Shown here one piece after another: positions 61,136-64,000 of a stretch of DNA of 64,000 nt. The translations under genes and the position numbers were made by a program. Position 1 is the stretch's first letter. Every line of letters begins with the position of its first letter. Origin of the DNA: an uncultured Verrucomicrobiae bacterium (GTDB lineage Bacteria; Chlamydiota; Chlamydiia; Chlamydiales; Rhabdochlamydiaceae); the NCBI GenBank assembly GCA_963718565.1, contig OY970364.1, positions 1,568,001 through 1,632,000 on the forward strand, given 5' to 3'. The notes beneath the pieces were generated by a model. That model searched no databases. It worked only from the letters and a program-made list of their open reading frames with translations, and was not told where the DNA came from.

Positions 61136-62899
61136 TCACATGCGATCGAGGGTTTTGAGTCCGAGGAGGTTTAAACCTTTCTCCAAGATACGCGCCGTGG
61201 CTTCACACATGAGCAAGCGGCTTTCTTCGCGTGGATCGCCTTCGACGCGGCAATCGCGGAAAAATGCATGAAATTTCTCAGCAAGCTCATAAAGATAATC
61301 GCAGAGGCGATTAGGGAGAAGGTCTCGCGCCATCACATCGAGGACCTCCCCAAATCTCCGCAGGTGCAGCGCAAGCGCAATCTCTGAAGGATGTTCTAAA
61401 ACAACGTGAGAGTTCTTCATGATGTCGGAAACATTTTTGCCGACTTTGCGCTTGATGCCTTGAATGCGCACATAGGCATAGAGCAGAAAAGCAGCTGTAT
61501 TTCCCTCAAATTTCAACATCCGATCATAACTGAACACGTAGTCTTTGATGCGATGACAAGAAAGGTCTGAGTATTTAACAGCGTCGATGCCAAGAATTTG
61601 TGAGACGCGTTCTAATTCTTTTTCCGGAAGATCGGGCAGCCGCTCTTGCATCATCTTCTTGGCATGACGAACAGCTTCTAGGAGAAGATCGATGAGCTTC
61701 TCAGTCTCACCGGACCGAGTTTTAAATTTTTTCCCATCGGGACCGAGCACAACTCCAAAGGGAACATGGTCGACGCGAACTTGGGTTGGATCTAAATAAC
61801 CCGCTTTTTCGGCAGCTTTAAAAACCATGGCAAAATGAAGGCTTTGGCCTGCATCCGTTAAGTAAATGATCCGATCCGCCTTTTCCACTTGAATGCGATG
61901 ACGAATTGCTGCCGTATCGGTGGTGTCGTAGTTATAGCCCCCGTCCGACTTTTGGATGATCATCGGTAACGGCGCTCCATCACGACTCACAAATCCTTCT
62001 AAGAAAATGCATTTGGCTCCATCAGAAATCGTAATCAATCCTTTTTTTTCCAAGTCATGGATAATTTCAGGGAGATAAGGATTGTAAAAGGATTCTCCGC
62101 GTTCGACTAATGTGACATCGAGAAGATCATAGATCTCTTGGTAGGAGCGTCGAGAAATTTCACAGATGACTTGCCAACCAGCATGCGTTTCGGGATCGCC
62201 GCTTTGAAGCTTGACAACTTGTAGCTGCGCGCGTTTTTTAAACTCCGCATCTTCATCGAAGCGCTTCTTAGACTCTCGATACCATCCCATGAGTTCAATC
62301 AGATCTGTCTGCTTCTTCCCTTTAAAAACAGCAGGCACTTTTTCCTGCATATAGGCAATCAACATTCCAAATTGCGTGCCCCAATCGCCGATATGGTTCA
62401 GACGCAGAACATCGTGACCTAAAAATTCAAATAGGCGCGCGATCGCATCGCCGATGATCGTTCCCCGCAGATGCCCCACATGCAATTCTTTGGCGACATT
62501 GGGCGAGGAAAACTCTACAATCACTTTCTGTTTCTTTTCAGGCTCTGGCACACCAAGACGATTATCTTGCAAAAGAGTGTCGACTTGAGAGGCTAGAAAA
62601 AGGGGGGAAATTGTGATATTGATAAATCCAGGACCCGCAAGTTCCAATTTTGAGATCATTTCTTTTCCCTCATCATTGCGATCGAAATGGGCCACGATCT
62701 TTTCTGCAACATCCCTCGGGGAGATGTGCAAAATTTTTCCAATTTTGAGGGCGCTATTGCACTGGTAGTCGCCAAATTGAGCCTGCGTGGTTGGCGTTAC
62801 TTCGGGTTCCAGAATTTTTGGATCATCAATGATAGTGCCAAAAGCTGCTCGAATTGCTGCTTCGGCCTTTTGCAACAGTGAAGAGAGGATAGTGCGCAT
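61136..62899 (-). CDS. argS: Arginyl-tRNA synthetase
   Basis: FGDYQCN, EFSSPNVAKELHVGH, GDWGTQFG, KSDGGY.Y. Confidence 0.98.
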   Translation of the reverse strand: MRTILSSLLQKAEAAIRAAFGTIIDDPKILEPEVTPTTQAQFGDYQCNSALKIGKILHISPRDVAEKIVAHFDRNDEGKEMISKLELAGPGFINITISPLFLASQVDTLLQDNRLGVPEPEKKQKVIVEFSSPNVAKELHVGHLRGTIIGDAIARLFEFLGHDVLRLNHIGDWGTQFGMLIAYMQEKVPAVFKGKKQTDLIELMGWYRESKKRFDEDAEFKKRAQLQVVKLQSGDPETHAGWQVICEISRRSYQEIYDLLDVTLVERGESFYNPYLPEIIHDLEKKGLITISDGAKCIFLEGFVSRDGAPLPMIIQKSDGGYNYDTTDTAAIRHRIQVEKADRIIYLTDAGQSLHFAMVFKAAEKAGYLDPTQVRVDHVPFGVVLGPDGKKFKTRSGETEKLIDLLLEAVRHAKKMMQERLPDLPEKELERVSQILGIDAVKYSDLSCHRIKDYVFSYDRMLKFEGNTAAFLLYAYVRIQGIKRKVGKNVSDIMKNSHVVLEHPSEIALALHLRRFGEVLDVMARDLLPNRLCDYLYELAEKFHAFFRDCRVEGDPREESRLLMCEATARILEKGLNLLGLKTLDRM

Positions 62900-62928
62900 A
62901 AGAGTGTATTAACGGATTTTGACTTAAG

Positions 62929-64000
62929 TTATTTAGCGTGATGAAAACAGGGAGGCTCGATCCGTTTACCAATGCGATATTTTAATCGATAATCTGCAAG
63001 CGAAAGCGCTGCGCGATGTGTGGAAAAATGGTTGTGATCGGCAATTTCATAAACCACCATCAGTTGATCATAGAGATGGTGAACTTTATCGCGCGACGCG
63101 GCAGGATTGTATCCATTGACCGCGAGCTCTTGCGTCACATTAATCAATCCACCTGCATTGATGACAAAATCGGGAGCATAGAGAATTCCTTTGGCAATAA
63201 GCTCATCCGCATCGGAGTCTTTGAGCAATTGATTGTTGGCGCATCCGGCAATCGCTTTACAATTTAGATGAGGAATCGTCTGTTCATTGATGATGCCACC
63301 AAGAGCGCAAGGAGCGAGTACATCGCACTCTTCGCTTAAGATATCCACAGTAGGAACAACTCTTGCCCCCGTAAATTCAGCAACGGCTCGACATTTTTCT
63401 GCATCAATATCAGAAACAATGAGTCGAGCGCCATTCCAAAAAAGCATTTTCGCAAGTTCGCAGCCAACACTTCCCAACCCCTGAATCGCAATCGTGCGAT
63501 TTTCTGGAGAGTCCGAACCTGTAACTTTTTTAAGAACAGACTGAATACCTCGATAAGTTCCCCAGGCTGTAAAAGGAGCGGGATTTCCGCTGCTTTTTAC
63601 ATGGGGCAAACCCACGACGTAAGGCGTCGTCTTGCTGATTTCGAGAACATCGTTAGGGGTACATCCAACATCTTCGGCACAGATATATTCTCCTTGCAAT
63701 CGATCCACAGCCTGGCCAAAAGCATAAAGCATTTCTTTTGTTTTGTTTTTCTTTGGATCGGCGATGATGACACTTTTTCCTCCGCCCCAACCCGATTCTG
63801 TTATCGCAGACTTATAGGTCATTCCCTTTGAAAGTCGCAAAACGTCATTAAGGGCGACCTCAAAAGCCCCATAGGGGTAAATTCTAGTCCCTCCGAGAGC
63901 GGGTCCCATCGTCGTATTGTGAATGCAAATAATTGCTTTCAATCCGGCTTCTTCATTCGTCACTTTAACAACTTTTTCGTACCCAGGGACAAAAATTTCC
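62929..64000 (-). CDS. ldh: Leucine (Glu/Leu/Phe/Val) dehydrogenase; start lies beyond the window
   Basis: GPALGGTR, GGGKSVI, AEDVG, QGLGSVG, GCANNQL, PDFVINAGG; frame open to the window edge. Confidence 0.93.
   Translation of the reverse strand, partial: EIFVPGYEKVVKVTNEEAGLKAIICIHNTTMGPALGGTRIYPYGAFEVALNDVLRLSKGMTYKSAITESGWGGGKSVIIADPKKNKTKEMLYAFGQAVDRLQGEYICAEDVGCTPNDVLEISKTTPYVVGLPHVKSSGNPAPFTAWGTYRGIQSVLKKVTGSDSPENRTIAIQGLGSVGCELAKMLFWNGARLIVSDIDAEKCRAVAEFTGARVVPTVDILSEECDVLAPCALGGIINEQTIPHLNCKAIAGCANNQLLKDSDADELIAKGILYAPDFVINAGGLINVTQELAVNGYNPAASRDKVHHLYDQLMVVYEIADHNHFSTHRAALSLADYRLKYRIGKRIEPPCFHHAK

Overview
This window is core-genome DNA of an environmental chlamydia (phylum Chlamydiota). 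The gene order largely follows Chlamydia: lpxA-fabZ-lpxC-lnt, rsmB, rsmA, dac, lptE/bamD-like, dnaE-uhpC-hisS-aspS-mip, trxA, tRNA-Leu, plsC-cmk-cdsA-uppS-purA, secDF-recJ, two euo paralogues, tsp, gltX, cysJ, ispF, ddl, murA, epmB, argS and ldh. The backbone is heavily invaded by mobile DNA: intact IS1634 and ISAs1 elements, IS66/ISL3/IS630 remnants, and several families of palindromic miniature elements. Some of these have clean target-site duplications (TSDs), some are nested in each other, and several rewrite gene 3' ends. The most striking feature is an AT-rich accessory gene at 11867..13540. It encodes five tandem PAM2-like (poly(A)-binding-protein-interacting) motifs, about seven PPR-like repeats and a C-terminal Smr nuclease domain, making it a candidate effector that docks on host PABP and binds or cleaves host mRNA. 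A second candidate effector (58885..59751) combines an F-box, an ankyrin-like segment and a CBM20-like glycogen-binding domain. All domain calls are by eye from motifs; no database searches were run.
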